In this document: piece by piece, positions 25,629-37,025 of the stretch
How positions within the stretch are numbered: the first letter of the stretch is position 1
Layout of the letters: every line of letters begins with the position of its first letter
From: Alphaproteobacteria bacterium
GTDB lineage: Bacteria; Pseudomonadota; Alphaproteobacteria; JAJTHO01; CANGYM01
DNA length: 64,000 bases
NCBI GenBank assembly: GCA_044372405.1
Contig: JBILRW010000001.1
Location: 19,260-83,259, forward strand
Direction of reading: 5' to 3'
The notes under the pieces: generated by a model
The model's database searches: none
The model's input: only the letters and a program-made list of their open reading frames with translations
Told to the model about the DNA's origin: nothing
Program-made: the position numbers and the translations under genes

Positions 25629-27493
25629 AAACCTTTAGCCTGCGCCGCCTTTCCCATGCTGTAATTGTGGTCGTGTTTGTCTTTCTGATCGGGTGTTCAA
25701 CGTTTATTATTTTGAGTTTAAACAGCCTCAGCCGAATGGCGGAGCATGCCCGTTTTGAGGCCATACCCCAAGCTTTGGATCAACATCAAAAAGCCCGTAT
25801 TGTCGAGCAAATGCGGGCGCTTCTGGATGTTATGTTGACAACGGGTGATTTGAAAAAAATTGACATTGTTCAGGAAAAGCTTGTTTTTTTGAGTGCGCAG
25901 ATGACGGATCGCTATCTCGATCCCTCTCTTCGCGCCCTTATGCTGCATATTCCGACAGAGACGCGTCGTTTGGCCTCAAAAGCGCGAACCATTGTGGCCA
26001 AGAACAATGAAATTATTAATCAAAAACAAAAAATTGGCGAAAAAATTGATAGGCTTCGCCCGTTAATAGAGCAAACACAGGCAGAATTGTGGCTGCAAAT
26101 GAAAAATAATCCCCATCAAAGGTCGGATGATTCCTTCAGGCTTTATAAGCGCATGGAAACGCTGATGTCGACCTTCGATAAAATGGCCATCTCTTTGACC
26201 CAACTGATGATTTTGGCCAACCCCAGAGCGATAGAAATCGAACAAAGCCATTATCGGGCTATGACGGATTTGCTTTTGTATCTCAAGCCGAAACTTCCTC
26301 CGCTTTCTTACCAAAAAGACCTTGATATTTTAATCGAACATTTGGGTGGAGTTGTCTACTTATTTGATTTAAAGCAAGAAAACATAAGTTTTTTGGTCCA
26401 GCTTTCCAAGGAACATAGGGCCCTGAACCAAAACTTATCGTCGCTGCAGACCCAATTAACCCAAACGGGGGTTGATTTGGCCAAACGGGTCACGGATTCC
26501 TTGGAATATCAGGCCCGTGAGGGCTTTTTGGCATCCATGGTTATCTTTTTTATTTTGGCAGCGTTGTTTTGTCTGATTGCCCTGACGCTCTTATATGGCA
26601 TTGTCAAGCCCATGGGGCGGGCCAGTTATGTTTTGCGCAACCTTAATACGTTTAATCCCCAGCAGGATTTAATGCATTCAGACTTAACAGAGATCGAATC
26701 GATCAATCAGGGGGTGATTCAGCTGGCTTCGGCCCTGAAAACAACGGAAGAGGCCAACGAGCGCCTTGTCACCATGGCCCAGCTACAAAGTACGTTTACG
26801 GCCACCGTTTCCCACGAATTGCGCACGCCCCTAACATCGATTCGTGGTTTTGTTCATATTATTCAAAAAGATCTTAAAAATATTTTGGGGGAGGTCAAAC
26901 CGTCAAAATACACATCCCGCATCGCTTCTAATTTAGGGGTGATTCAGGCAGAAAGCGAGCGGTTAAGTCTGCTCATCAATGATGTTTTGGATATGACCAG
27001 TCTTTCTTCTGGTCGTATGGCCTGGCGCGACGAAGAAACCCAGCCTGCTGAGGTCATTCGCTATACGCTGGCGGCCATGAATGGGCAAAAATTACAGCAT
27101 CCGCATATCGTTTTGGATCAGGAGATCGAGGAACTTCTACCCATGATCATAGTGGATCCGCATCGGCTGCAGCAGGTATTGATGAATCTTTTGCACAACG
27201 CCTATAAATTTACGGAACAGGGGCGCATTGTTTTGCGGTGTTGGGCAGAAAAACAACGGGTTTATTTTTCCGTTCAGGATACGGGTATGGGGATTCCCAA
27301 AGAAGATTTTTCAAGAATTTTTGAGCAATTTCAACAAAGTGGATCTCTTAGAGATAAGCCCCGTGGGACAGGGCTGGGACTGGCCATTTGTCGGCAGATC
27401 GTTGAGCACTATGGAGGGACGCTCACCGTTTCCTCTAACGTGGGGCAGGGGAGTACCTTTACGTTTTTTATTGGACAAAACACCCGAAAATAA
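25625..27493 (+). CDS. Sensor histidine kinase
   Basis: N-terminal TM and periplasmic segment, the H-box SHELRTPL and HATPase motifs (GTGLGLAI). The GTG start overlaps the mlaC stop. Confidence 0.8.
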   Translation: MKTFSLRRLSHAVIVVVFVFLIGCSTFIILSLNSLSRMAEHARFEAIPQALDQHQKARIVEQMRALLDVMLTTGDLKKIDIVQEKLVFLSAQMTDRYLDPSLRALMLHIPTETRRLASKARTIVAKNNEIINQKQKIGEKIDRLRPLIEQTQAELWLQMKNNPHQRSDDSFRLYKRMETLMSTFDKMAISLTQLMILANPRAIEIEQSHYRAMTDLLLYLKPKLPPLSYQKDLDILIEHLGGVVYLFDLKQENISFLVQLSKEHRALNQNLSSLQTQLTQTGVDLAKRVTDSLEYQAREGFLASMVIFFILAALFCLIALTLLYGIVKPMGRASYVLRNLNTFNPQQDLMHSDLTEIESINQGVIQLASALKTTEEANERLVTMAQLQSTFTATVSHELRTPLTSIRGFVHIIQKDLKNILGEVKPSKYTSRIASNLGVIQAESERLSLLINDVLDMTSLSSGRMAWRDEETQPAEVIRYTLAAMNGQKLQHPHIVLDQEIEELLPMIIVDPHRLQQVLMNLLHNAYKFTEQGRIVLRCWAEKQRVYFSVQDTGMGIPKEDFSRIFEQFQQSGSLRDKPRGTGLGLAICRQIVEHYGGTLTVSSNVGQGSTFTFFIGQNTRK

Positions 27494-27529
27494 TGTATAT
27501 TTATCAAGTTTTTTAGATGACGATCTTTT

Positions 27530-28225
27530 ATGCCTTTGAATCGAACTCTGGATGCTATTGATATTTTTGCTGCCTTAACTCCCGAAGATCGGGGCCGTAT
27601 TGCTGCGTTATGCCAATGGCGGACTTTTGAAGAAGATCACTATATTTTGGATAAAAACGATCAGGAAACGGATATTTATTTTATTACCGAGGGCAGTATT
27701 CGGATTTTGAATTATTCATTGGCGGGTCGCGAGGTCAGCTATGCCGATGTTGGTGTGGGTGCTTGTTTTGGGGAGCTTTCAGCCCTGGATGGACAGCCAC
27801 GTTCAGCGGCCGTGATTGCCAAAACAACAACCCAGGTGGCGGTATTATCGGCAGCCCAGTTTCATGGTATTTTAGAGGCCTATCCTAGCATTACTCTGGC
27901 TCTCCTTAAAAAATTGGCGTCTTTTTTGCGGTTTGCGTCGCTCAGGATTTTTGAAATGAGTACCCAGCAATCCCAACACCGGGTGGCTTTGGAATTGCTC
28001 CGTTTGATGGAAATGGTGGGCCACAAAGGGGAACAGGATGGGCTGATGGTGCTGTCCCCCGCCCCCAAACAAATGGATTTGGCCAACCGCATCGGGGCCA
28101 CACGGGAAACGGTGGCCCGGGCGTTTCGGAAATTCACCGAAGAGGGCATTGTGGCCCGTGTACCTCGGGGGTTAAGGATTACGAATGAACCCGCGTTACG
28201 GGCCCTGGCGGAAAGCGTTGAATAA
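27530..28225 (+). CDS. Crp/Fnr-family transcriptional regulator
   Basis: cNMP-binding domain (FGELSALDGQPRSA) plus a C-terminal HTH (RIGATRETVARAFRKF). Confidence 0.85.
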   Translation: MPLNRTLDAIDIFAALTPEDRGRIAALCQWRTFEEDHYILDKNDQETDIYFITEGSIRILNYSLAGREVSYADVGVGACFGELSALDGQPRSAAVIAKTTTQVAVLSAAQFHGILEAYPSITLALLKKLASFLRFASLRIFEMSTQQSQHRVALELLRLMEMVGHKGEQDGLMVLSPAPKQMDLANRIGATRETVARAFRKFTEEGIVARVPRGLRITNEPALRALAESVE

Positions 28226-28448
28226 CGGGTTCAAAGGGTATACACTTAAGAAGGCTGGCGTGTTCGAGGCCCATCACGTTCCTCGGTCCATATGTATAAG
28301 AATGGGAGCTGTCCCTGTCTTAACCGTGGTTAAGGTATTACGGCGCCCCCCTGGTCATCGGCACCAGGCAACACGATGGCCACGGCACGCTGGCTCTAAA
28401 GCGTTTAAATGTATTGTTTTTTTTATGGAAATCTTATTCTGTAACCCT

Positions 28449-28532
28449 CGTGCGAGCGCAGCGAAGCAATCTAGAAATACCGTCACTGCAAAGACTGGAT
28501 TGCCACGCCTCCTACGGAGGCTCGCAATGACG
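28449..28532. repeat. MITE-like palindromic repeat, copy 2 (inverted relative to copy 1)
   Basis: Its reverse complement aligns almost base-for-base with 715-802. Confidence 0.8.
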
Positions 28533-28808
28533 TTGTCCGTAAGTTTTAAAACAAACTATCAATTTCCTGGCCGCGACCGTTGTCTTGGTCGCTGACCTGA
28601 AATTCGTCGGTGCGCCAGTGGGGGCTGTCTTTGCGCGTTTTGCGCTGGACGGCCTCCCGATGGGTCCCTTTGTCATTTTTTGTGGGGTTGGCCCCCTTTA
28701 GGTTAGAAACCGGCACCACCAACGCAGACGCGAGGGAGGGGATGATGAGCATAATGTCCTATTGTGGCGCGAAAGGGTTAACGGGTGGTAAAAGAAGACC
28801 TTCGGGAT

Positions 28809-30143
28809 CTACCCCTTCTTCCCCCGTGTATCGAAGGGATTGTCCCGCGTGCGAAGGATAATCCGCAGCGGAATGGGCCCTAGTTTCAGGTTTTCGGCCA
28901 GGCTTTTGCGCAGGTAACGCAGGTAATCGGGGGGGACCTCGTCGCTGCGTGTCGTGAAAATCACAAACGTGGGGGGACGGGTTGATGCCTGAGTGGCGTA
29001 TTTCAGGCGAATGCGGCGGCTTTTGACCACCGGCGGCGGGTGATGCGTGGTGGCATAACCCAGCCATTGATTCAGCAGCGCGGTGGGCACGCGTTTATTC
29101 CATAAATCGTATAAAGTGCGGCTTTTTTGAAACAGTTGGGCCACGCCTTCCCCCTGTTTGGCCGATAAATACACAACTGGCAGTTCGGCCACATCGTGAA
29201 ACAAAATAGAAGATTGTTTTTTTAAATACTGCGTGATCTGCTTTTTTTGATCGTCCGGCACCAAATCCCACTTGTTCAGCGCCATGATGACGGGGCGGCC
29301 CTCGCTCAGCGCATCCGAAACGATGGACAAATCCTGCTTTTCAATCCCCTGAACGGCATCCACCACGACAATGGCGATGTGGCAGAAATCCATGGCGTGT
29401 TTGGTTTCGCTGGCCGCTTTGTGTTCGATGACATCCCGGTGGGCTTTTTTCTTACGTAGGCCTGCTGTGTCGCTCAAACGAAACGTATTGCCTGATATGA
29501 CCTTGGTTGCGTGAATGGTATCCCGGGTCATTCCTGGCAATTCTCCGGTCAATGTGCGCTCGTACCCTAGCAGGGCATTGAGAAGGGTAGACTTACCGGC
29601 ATTGGGGCGACCCAGAAGGGCGATTTTCAGGGTATCTTCTGGCTTTTGTATTTCTAAGATATCCTTAGTATTTCTTTTAAGTATGTCTTCTTTTAGCGCA
29701 GCAATACCATGGCCGGTTCGGGCAGAGAGGGACAAAATCAGGTCAGCATCATGAATGTCATCTGAAGTATTGCCTCGAATGTCCGCCTTATTTTTGATAA
29801 GAAAAACAGGTTTTTGCTCTTTTTTCAGGCGGCGAAAGCATTCCTTGTCTTCCTCAGAAATACCTTCAGCGGCATCGACGATAAAAATGACCAAATCAGA
29901 CTCAGCAATACCATTAAGTGTGGCGCGCATCATGTCCTTGGCTAAGGTTGTTTTGCTGTAAAGATCCATGCCGGGGGTATCAATCAGGCAGATATCTTGC
30001 CCATCCCAGGTGGTATAAACATCCTTCCAATCCCGTGTCACGCCAGGTTCGTCGTGAACAATGGCGACAGGACGTCCGATCAGGCGGTTAATCAGCGTGG
30101 ATTTGCCCACATTCGGGCGTCCCACCAGGGCAACAGTTATCAT
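28809..30143 (-). CDS. der: Ribosome-biogenesis GTPase Der (EngA)
   Basis: Two GTPase domains (GRPNVGKST and GRPNAGKST) and a KH-like C-terminus. Confidence 0.9.
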   Translation of the reverse strand: MITVALVGRPNVGKSTLINRLIGRPVAIVHDEPGVTRDWKDVYTTWDGQDICLIDTPGMDLYSKTTLAKDMMRATLNGIAESDLVIFIVDAAEGISEEDKECFRRLKKEQKPVFLIKNKADIRGNTSDDIHDADLILSLSARTGHGIAALKEDILKRNTKDILEIQKPEDTLKIALLGRPNAGKSTLLNALLGYERTLTGELPGMTRDTIHATKVISGNTFRLSDTAGLRKKKAHRDVIEHKAASETKHAMDFCHIAIVVVDAVQGIEKQDLSIVSDALSEGRPVIMALNKWDLVPDDQKKQITQYLKKQSSILFHDVAELPVVYLSAKQGEGVAQLFQKSRTLYDLWNKRVPTALLNQWLGYATTHHPPPVVKSRRIRLKYATQASTRPPTFVIFTTRSDEVPPDYLRYLRKSLAENLKLGPIPLRIILRTRDNPFDTRGKKG

Positions 30144-30166
30144 AATAATGAAATCACATTAAAAAA

Positions 30167-30715
30167 TCAAGGAATGAGCGCGTTAAAAAGAGGATTTTTT
30201 TCTTGACGGGCCACGGGGTCGCCTTCGTTAAGGGGCTTTTTAGCCTCTTTCAGGGCCTTCAGGCGTTCATATTCGCCTTTGGGGACAATCACTTTATCTG
30301 CATTCGGCAAATTCAGCGTTTCGCTGACGAGGTCTTTGTTTTCCGTTTCATCGGTTTTCAGGCGTTCCCGAATCATGGGGTCAGGCACGGTTAGGGCGGT
30401 TGCTTTGTCCAAAAGCGCCTGCTCGCCCCCGTCCAACATGGCCACGGATCGCATGGTTTTGGGTTCAGGCTGGGATGGTATGCCGGTAATCACGGAAGCA
30501 CCCCGACTTTGGGACGAGGTCGGTCCCGAAGCCAGGCTTCCCGGGGAAGGGAGGGTCTGAGGGTCTTTTACATTTTCAGGGACGGCCAACGGTTCCCGTT
30601 TTAAAATGGCAAACTCATCGGGTTTATTGCGGGCAATGCCGAGCATCGAGGCACGGTCTTCGCCGGCGCACGCCGTCAAACCCAGGATTAGCATAACGGC
30701 AGGAAGGAATCGCAT
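30167..30715 (-). CDS. DUF3035-like lipoprotein
   Basis: Lipobox LGLTAC. Its position downstream of lspA is conserved in alphaproteobacteria. Confidence 0.55.
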   Translation of the reverse strand: MRFLPAVMLILGLTACAGEDRASMLGIARNKPDEFAILKREPLAVPENVKDPQTLPSPGSLASGPTSSQSRGASVITGIPSQPEPKTMRSVAMLDGGEQALLDKATALTVPDPMIRERLKTDETENKDLVSETLNLPNADKVIVPKGEYERLKALKEAKKPLNEGDPVARQEKNPLFNALIP

Positions 30716-30716
30716 G

Positions 30717-31199
30717 TTAAGCCTTTTTGTCTTGGATGATTTGACTATAAAGCAACAAACCGACGCCGACAACAATAGAACTATCGGCTAAATTAAAGGC
30801 TGGCCAATGGTGTTTTCCGACATAAAGGTCTAAAAAATCAAAGACGGCGCCGTACAACAGCCGATCCCGCATGTTCCCCAATGCCCCCCCGATGATCAGG
30901 GATAGGGCCCAGCGCTCCAGCTTTTTTTCGGTTTTATAAAGCCAGACCCCCAGCCCCGTCACCAAACCCCCCGTAATGCCCAGCAAAAGCTCAGGGTGAG
31001 AGTCCCGAAAAATACCAAAGCTAACGCCCGTATTCCAGACAACATTCAGATTAAATCCCGGGATGATGGGGTAAAACGATGTCTCTCGCGAAAAAAGAAA
31101 GTTCATGACCTGGGTTTTTAACAACACATCTGCCACCGCAATGACCAAAGCCAGACCCAGATGCAGGGCAAAACGCTGGAAGCGATAACGCTCCATCAT
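30717..31199 (-). CDS. lspA: Lipoprotein signal peptidase II
   Basis: LspA motifs NTGVSFG and FNLAD. Confidence 0.85.
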   Translation of the reverse strand: MMERYRFQRFALHLGLALVIAVADVLLKTQVMNFLFSRETSFYPIIPGFNLNVVWNTGVSFGIFRDSHPELLLGITGGLVTGLGVWLYKTEKKLERWALSLIIGGALGNMRDRLLYGAVFDFLDLYVGKHHWPAFNLADSSIVVGVGLLLYSQIIQDKKA

Positions 31200-34009
31200 A
31201 CAGATTCCTGTATGACAGAAGCGCAACGGGGACATAGACCCGGCGTGGCATGATTTTCGGGGGTGAGATCATCGTGACGCCAGCATCGCGCGCATTTCTT
31301 TTTTGCTGATTTTGATATCGAAACAATCGGGGTCCCTTTTGTTTCGATTTCGATATAATCAATATGAGAAACGATGGTAACTTCGGTGAGGTCAAAAAGT
31401 TTGGCCAGTGTATGATCCTGAGGAGACAGCGTCAAGGTCACCTGGCCTTCTAAATTGGCTTTAATTTCACCATTTTTTCTTGACTGTTCAAGGGATTGAA
31501 GCACGGAGCCGCGCAGCCTTAAGAGGGCCTCCCCTTGTTCGGCCAAGGAAGGGTTGTGCCAATCCTGGGGCAGGGGAGGAGTGTCTAGCAGATGCACGCT
31601 GCCTTCTTGGTGATCAAGCAGGTAGAGTTCCTCCGTCGTAAAGCAGAGGAGGGGGGCCAACCAACGAAGAAGAGTATTATACAAATGGCGCAAAACGGTG
31701 CGTGTCGCCCGACGTTTGGGGCTTTGTGTGGACTCACAATACAAAACGTCTTTGCGAATATCAAAATAAAAGGACGACAACGTCCAGCTGCAAAAGGTAT
31801 GAAGTTTCTGATAAAATTCAGAAAAAGCGAATGTCGTTTGTAGCGCCTGCCAGTCATTGTCCAGGTCTTTCAGCTGATGCAAAACCCATTGCTCAAGCGG
31901 CGGCATCGCATCAGCCTTAATCGTTTCGGTGTCGCACCAAGATTTCAGATTACCGTGCAGAAAGCGCATGGTGTTTCGGAAACGCCGATAAATATCCGCG
32001 TAGTGATCAAACAGGGCCTTTTGCACGTGCACATCGTTGCTGCTGTCTGAAAACACCGCCCATAACCTGAGAATATCCGCGCCGTAGTCCTTCACAATAT
32101 CTTGGGGGGCGACGACATTTCCCAGGGATTTGGACATTTTCCGCCCCTGATGGTCCAAAACAAAGCCATGGGTGATAAGGTTTTTATAAGGGGCCTGGCC
32201 CAACAGTGCCGATCCCACCAGCAAAGACGACTGAAACCAGCCCCGATGTTGGTCCGAGCCTTCCAGATACACGTCCGCCGGAATTTGGTTGTCCTCAAGG
32301 GCAAAGGTAAAGGTGGTCCCGCTGTCAAACCACACGTCCAAGATATCATGGGATTTTTCGTAGTCGCCTGGGTTCAAATTCAGGCCCTCACAAAATTTTT
32401 CCAGGGGGGTCTCAAACCACACATCACATCCTTTTTTGGCAATGGCCTTCGCCACGCGATCAATAAAGGTGTTGATCAGCGCGGGATCTTTAGGAATTTC
32501 TCCTGTTTCTTTGTGCCGTAAAATGGTGACGGGAACGCCCCACAGTCGCTGACGGGACAGACACCAATCGGGGCGCGAGGCCACCATGGATGTTAAGCGT
32601 GTGCGACTCTTTGAGGGAAAAAAGCCCACGCGGTGCAAGCTGCGTAGCGCGGTTTCCCGCAAACTGAGGCCCTGATCCATGGGCTGATCCATGGTGACAA
32701 ACCACTGGGGGGTTAACAAGGTGATCAAGGGAGCTTTGGAGCGCCACGAATGGGGGTACGTATGGCGAAAATCCTTGGCCGCGAGGAGGCGGTTTTTGGC
32801 CGTGAGCTCTTCAAGCACAGAAGGCGTGACTTTAAAGACGTGTTGACCGGCAAAATTGGGGACATTCTGGGTATAAAACCCCTCCCGCGTCACAATTTGG
32901 GGGAAATGGTCCCGCAAATGGGCAATGGATTCCAGGCGATGCTGGAGGTTAGGATCAGATTCCAGCGGGGAGCGCATCAATAAAAAATCGTCTTCTCCAT
33001 GAGCAGGAGCAATGTGGACGATGCCGGTGCCTTGGTCTTCAGTAATAAACGTGGCAGGGTAGACGCAGGAATACTCAGAGTGCCATTCGTTGTTTTCTAA
33101 AGGAAAAGGCCGCTCACAAAGGGTGCCGACCAAAGAATGACCAGGAATTTCTTGTAGGGCTTTCAGGGTGAGGCTGCAGCTTTCAGAAAAAGCGGCCGCG
33201 CGCGTCGTTAACACCACAAAATGACATCCGTCATCATTCTGGAGCAAAGTATAGGATAAATCGGGATGCACGGCCAGTCCGGCATTGGCGGGCAGTGTCC
33301 ACGGCGTTGTGGTCCAGGCCACCAGGGATGTTTCGGGCGGCAGGGCTCCCTCGATAATGGGAAACGTGACGTACACTTCTGTGGATGTTTTTTCGTGGTA
33401 TTCAATTTCGGCCTCGGCCAGGGCCGTCTGTTCCACGGTGGACCACCAAACGGGGCGAACACCTTGAACCACCAGGCCTTTTTCCCATAGCTTACCAAAG
33501 GCGCGCACGATGGCGGCCTCGTTTCTAAAATCCATGGTTAAATAGGCTTCATCCCAGGCCGCATCAATGCCCAGGCGTTGAAATTCCTGTTTTTGGTGGG
33601 TAAACCACTGCTCGGCATAGGCGCGACATTCCCCGCGAAACTCTTGCACGGAAACATCCGCTTTTTTCTTTTTTTTGGCCTGGTACTGCTCCTCAATCTT
33701 CCATTCAATGGGCAGGCCGTGGCAATCCCACCCCGGGCGAAAATTGACCTGACGCCCCATCATTCGGTGGTATCGATTGGTGGTATCCTTTAAAATTTTT
33801 CCCATGGCATGGCCCAGATGAATGGGTCCATTGGCGTAAGGGGGCCCATCGTGCAGGACAAAAGGCCGTTCCCCTGCATTGTGCTGGCTGAGGGTATGAT
33901 ACAGGTTTTGGGACTGCCAGCGCTCAAGCAGTTCCGCCTCTTTGCTGGGCAGGCCGGCCTTCATGGGCAGCGGTGTTTCCGGTAAAAAAAGGGTATGACG
34001 ATAATCCAT
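31196..34009 (-). CDS. ileS: Isoleucine--tRNA ligase
   Basis: HIGH (PYANGPIHLGH) and KMSKS motifs over roughly 940 aa. The start is taken at MDYRHTLFLPET. Confidence 0.9.
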   Translation of the reverse strand: MDYRHTLFLPETPLPMKAGLPSKEAELLERWQSQNLYHTLSQHNAGERPFVLHDGPPYANGPIHLGHAMGKILKDTTNRYHRMMGRQVNFRPGWDCHGLPIEWKIEEQYQAKKKKKADVSVQEFRGECRAYAEQWFTHQKQEFQRLGIDAAWDEAYLTMDFRNEAAIVRAFGKLWEKGLVVQGVRPVWWSTVEQTALAEAEIEYHEKTSTEVYVTFPIIEGALPPETSLVAWTTTPWTLPANAGLAVHPDLSYTLLQNDDGCHFVVLTTRAAAFSESCSLTLKALQEIPGHSLVGTLCERPFPLENNEWHSEYSCVYPATFITEDQGTGIVHIAPAHGEDDFLLMRSPLESDPNLQHRLESIAHLRDHFPQIVTREGFYTQNVPNFAGQHVFKVTPSVLEELTAKNRLLAAKDFRHTYPHSWRSKAPLITLLTPQWFVTMDQPMDQGLSLRETALRSLHRVGFFPSKSRTRLTSMVASRPDWCLSRQRLWGVPVTILRHKETGEIPKDPALINTFIDRVAKAIAKKGCDVWFETPLEKFCEGLNLNPGDYEKSHDILDVWFDSGTTFTFALEDNQIPADVYLEGSDQHRGWFQSSLLVGSALLGQAPYKNLITHGFVLDHQGRKMSKSLGNVVAPQDIVKDYGADILRLWAVFSDSSNDVHVQKALFDHYADIYRRFRNTMRFLHGNLKSWCDTETIKADAMPPLEQWVLHQLKDLDNDWQALQTTFAFSEFYQKLHTFCSWTLSSFYFDIRKDVLYCESTQSPKRRATRTVLRHLYNTLLRWLAPLLCFTTEELYLLDHQEGSVHLLDTPPLPQDWHNPSLAEQGEALLRLRGSVLQSLEQSRKNGEIKANLEGQVTLTLSPQDHTLAKLFDLTEVTIVSHIDYIEIETKGTPIVSISKSAKKKCARCWRHDDLTPENHATPGLCPRCASVIQESV

Positions 34010-34025
34010 TGCCATTGCGTGCATC

Positions 34026-34949
34026 TTAAGATCTGGCGAGTAACTGTCGGGCTTGCTGACAATCCCTCTCTATACACGTTTTCAGATCGTGAAGCGACGG
34101 AAATTTCTTTTCGGGGCGTAAAAAGTGGTGAAAGGAAACCGTCAAGGTTTCCCCGTACAAATCATTTCGAAAGTCAAACAAATGGACCTCCAGCAATTCC
34201 TGCTTCCCAGCAACGGTGGGTCGGAAGCCAATGTTGGCCACACCATTATAAGTGTTTTGATGCCACTGGACGCGAACGGCGTAAACCCCGGAAAGAGGGC
34301 GCAGAAATGATCCCATATCGATGTTTACCGTGGGAAAGCCCAAAGTGCGGCCCCGCTGGTCGCCCGGAATGACGGTGCCTGTGATGGCGTAAGGGCGACC
34401 TAGCAACGCGTTGGCTTTTTCGATCAGGCCGTCATGGAGAAAGCGGCGAATGGTGGTGGAGGCGCAAAGAACGCCGTTTTTATCGGTCCAGGGGGCGGCA
34501 ACGGTGACGCCAAAACCCAGGCGCTCCCCCAGGTTTTTCAGGGTTTGAGTATTACCAGAGCGTTGATGACCAAAGACAAAATCGGGTCCCACAACAACAT
34601 GCCCTACGTGCAGACCCTGAACGAGAAAATTCTGTGCAAAACGTTCAGGGGATTGCTGTGCGAAGGTGGTGTCAAACCGTTGACACCACAAAAAGTCCAA
34701 GCCCATATCGCCAAGATATTGGTTTTTTTGATTTTTTGAGGTAAGGTGAAACGGCGTCTGGGGATTTTGAAAAAAATCACGGGGGTGAGGGTCAAAGGTT
34801 ATTGCGCCAAAGAAACGAAAATGATCAAATTGTTTTGATATAGAAATGATATGGGCGTGACCCTTGTGCACACCATCAAAATTGCCCAGGGCCACGCTGG
34901 CACCAGGATGCTGAAAATCGGGAAAACCAGACTCTTGATAAATTTTCAT
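34026..34949 (-). CDS. ribF: Bifunctional riboflavin kinase / FMN adenylyltransferase
   Basis: GNFDGVHKGH and the C-terminal riboflavin kinase motifs. Confidence 0.85.
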   Translation of the reverse strand: MKIYQESGFPDFQHPGASVALGNFDGVHKGHAHIISISKQFDHFRFFGAITFDPHPRDFFQNPQTPFHLTSKNQKNQYLGDMGLDFLWCQRFDTTFAQQSPERFAQNFLVQGLHVGHVVVGPDFVFGHQRSGNTQTLKNLGERLGFGVTVAAPWTDKNGVLCASTTIRRFLHDGLIEKANALLGRPYAITGTVIPGDQRGRTLGFPTVNIDMGSFLRPLSGVYAVRVQWHQNTYNGVANIGFRPTVAGKQELLEVHLFDFRNDLYGETLTVSFHHFLRPEKKFPSLHDLKTCIERDCQQARQLLARS

Positions 34950-35073
34950 GCTGAAGATAGAAAAAAGTTGTTAAATAACAAGGTGTGAAAGAGGGTTTAC
35001 GTGGCTTTGGGAACTATGTTAGAAAGGGAATGGTTTTACCATAACATACTTTTTGAAGAGAGATCTTTGGCGC

Positions 35074-35733
35074 ATGAGCAATAAAAAACAACAAGATTCC
35101 GAAGAAATCAAGGATTTGCTGCGTGAGGTTGAGGATGACATGGCCCTTGAATCACTCAAGGATTGGGTCAAGCGAAATGCGGGCACGGTTGTGGCCGTTG
35201 TTTTGGCGGTGATTTTGGTTGTCGGGGGTGGCTCGTGGTATCGAACGTCTCAAGACGGTAAGGCTTTAAAAGCCGAGGAAACCTTCACAGACCTGGTTTA
35301 TCCTGAGACGAACCCCAAGAAAGGCCCCATCAATGAGGCGGCCCTTCCCTCTTCCACGGGGTATCAAACGTTGGTATCCCTGGCTGAAGCCAAACGCCAC
35401 CTGGACCATGATCGCCCTTCAGAGACGGTGGATGTCTGGCAAAAGGCCCTAAAAACAGCCCCCCTGCCCTTGCGCAATCTTTTGGTGGTGGCGCTCGGGA
35501 ATGCTCAAAGATCTGAACAGACCAAGGGTGTTCCGGAAGAAAGTCTGGCGGCTTTGGCCCAAAGTAAAGTTTCTCCCTGGCGTTTTTTGGCGCAGGAGCG
35601 TTTTGCCTTTGAGCGCTATGCCGCAGGTGATTTGACCGCCGCTAAAAAATCCTGGGAGGCTCTTTCAAAAGCGGAAGAAGCCACCCCTGGCGTTCGCGAT
35701 CGTGCCCAAACCATGCTGAAGAGTTTTCTATGA
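35074..35733 (+). CDS. YfgM-like TPR/membrane protein
   Basis: A single TM helix and a TPR-like C-terminal domain. It sits immediately upstream of bamB, as in the E. coli yfgM-bamB arrangement. Confidence 0.55.
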   Translation: MSNKKQQDSEEIKDLLREVEDDMALESLKDWVKRNAGTVVAVVLAVILVVGGGSWYRTSQDGKALKAEETFTDLVYPETNPKKGPINEAALPSSTGYQTLVSLAEAKRHLDHDRPSETVDVWQKALKTAPLPLRNLLVVALGNAQRSEQTKGVPEESLAALAQSKVSPWRFLAQERFAFERYAAGDLTAAKKSWEALSKAEEATPGVRDRAQTMLKSFL

Positions 35734-37025
35734 ATCGCCGTTGTCCCTGGGGTTTTCCCCTAAGCCTGGTTTTGGGTTTATCGCTGTTTTTGGGGGCCTG
35801 CGCTTCGTCGGAGGAGCCGGAAAAAAAACATGAAGGCGAGCGCATTCCGGTTTTTGAGTCTCGTCAGGATACCTTAAAGACCGAGGAAGGGGCCCGTGTT
35901 TCGCTGCCCGATCCTTCAGATAAAACGTCATGGCCCATGGTGTCTGGCAATGCCACCCATGTCACGGGTCATGGGGCGTTGACCGATGTCCCCAAGCGTT
36001 TGTGGGATCGTGCTTTGGATGGTTTTGAAGCGGGAGACGAGGCAAGTCTCTCCCAACCCGTTGTGGACAATGGCCGTTTGATGGTCATGGATGCGGCTGC
36101 CACGGTTTTTGCCTTGGATTTGAAAACCGGCAACCCCCTGTGGAAGACCTCCTTGGCCCCTGAGGCCCAAATGGATGTCGTTTTAGAAGGTGGCGGGGTG
36201 GCCATTATGGGATCAACGGTGTTGGCCACAACGGCATATGGTGAAATTCTGGCGCTTAGCGCCGAAACGGGTGAGATTCTTTGGCGCCTGGCTTTGCCAG
36301 CGGCGGCAGCCTCTCCACCAACGCTTCAGGATAGTTATGCTTATTTGACCACAAAATCCAATCAAGTCGTGGCCGTTTCTGTGGCGTCTAAAACGATAGC
36401 TTGGGTTTATAGCGGTTTGCAGCAGTCAACGGGAATTGCGGGGGGGGCAGCTCCGGCGGTGTTTGATCAGACGGTGGTAGCGGCCCTTTCTTCGGGTGAG
36501 GTTGTGGCCATTCATAGGGATACAGGGCGGTCCTTATGGTTTGATACGTTGACAGAGGAAGCGACCCTGGGTCTTTCCGATATCATTGCGGATCCGGTTC
36601 TGGCCTATAATCTTGTTTTTGCTGCCCCTGTGGGGGGCGGGCATTTGACGGCGCTGAGTCTGGCCACGGGCGCCCGCGTTTGGCAGCATTCCTTGGGGCT
36701 TGTTTACCCCCCCGCTGTTGCGGGGAATGGACTTTTCCTGACAACTTCAGATCAAAAGGCGCTGGCCTTAACCTTAAAGGGCGAGGTTGTCTGGAAAGTC
36801 TCTCTTCCCATCGAAGAAGACCAAACGTGGTTTGGCCCCCTGCTTGCGGGATCCAAGGTTTTGGTGGTGAGCAACCGGGGCGATATTCAGGTCCTCAGCC
36901 CCTTTACGGGGGAAACGTTGGGCAGTTTGTCTTTGGGGAAGGACATTGCGGCGTCTCCCCTGATTGTGCAAAAAACCCTGTTTGTTCTTACAAAAGACGG
37001 CCGTGTTTTGGCCTATGGCTCCTGA
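35730..37025 (+). CDS. bamB: Outer membrane protein assembly factor BamB (PQQ-repeat beta-propeller lipoprotein)
   Basis: Lipobox LGAC, and repeated PQQ-like propeller blades. Confidence 0.8.
   Translation: MNRRCPWGFPLSLVLGLSLFLGACASSEEPEKKHEGERIPVFESRQDTLKTEEGARVSLPDPSDKTSWPMVSGNATHVTGHGALTDVPKRLWDRALDGFEAGDEASLSQPVVDNGRLMVMDAAATVFALDLKTGNPLWKTSLAPEAQMDVVLEGGGVAIMGSTVLATTAYGEILALSAETGEILWRLALPAAAASPPTLQDSYAYLTTKSNQVVAVSVASKTIAWVYSGLQQSTGIAGGAAPAVFDQTVVAALSSGEVVAIHRDTGRSLWFDTLTEEATLGLSDIIADPVLAYNLVFAAPVGGGHLTALSLATGARVWQHSLGLVYPPAVAGNGLFLTTSDQKALALTLKGEVVWKVSLPIEEDQTWFGPLLAGSKVLVVSNRGDIQVLSPFTGETLGSLSLGKDIAASPLIVQKTLFVLTKDGRVLAYGS

Noticed and set aside
28185-28595. 136-aa plus-strand ORF after the Crp/Fnr regulator
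   Set aside because: It runs through MITE copy 2, and it has no RBS or family resemblance.
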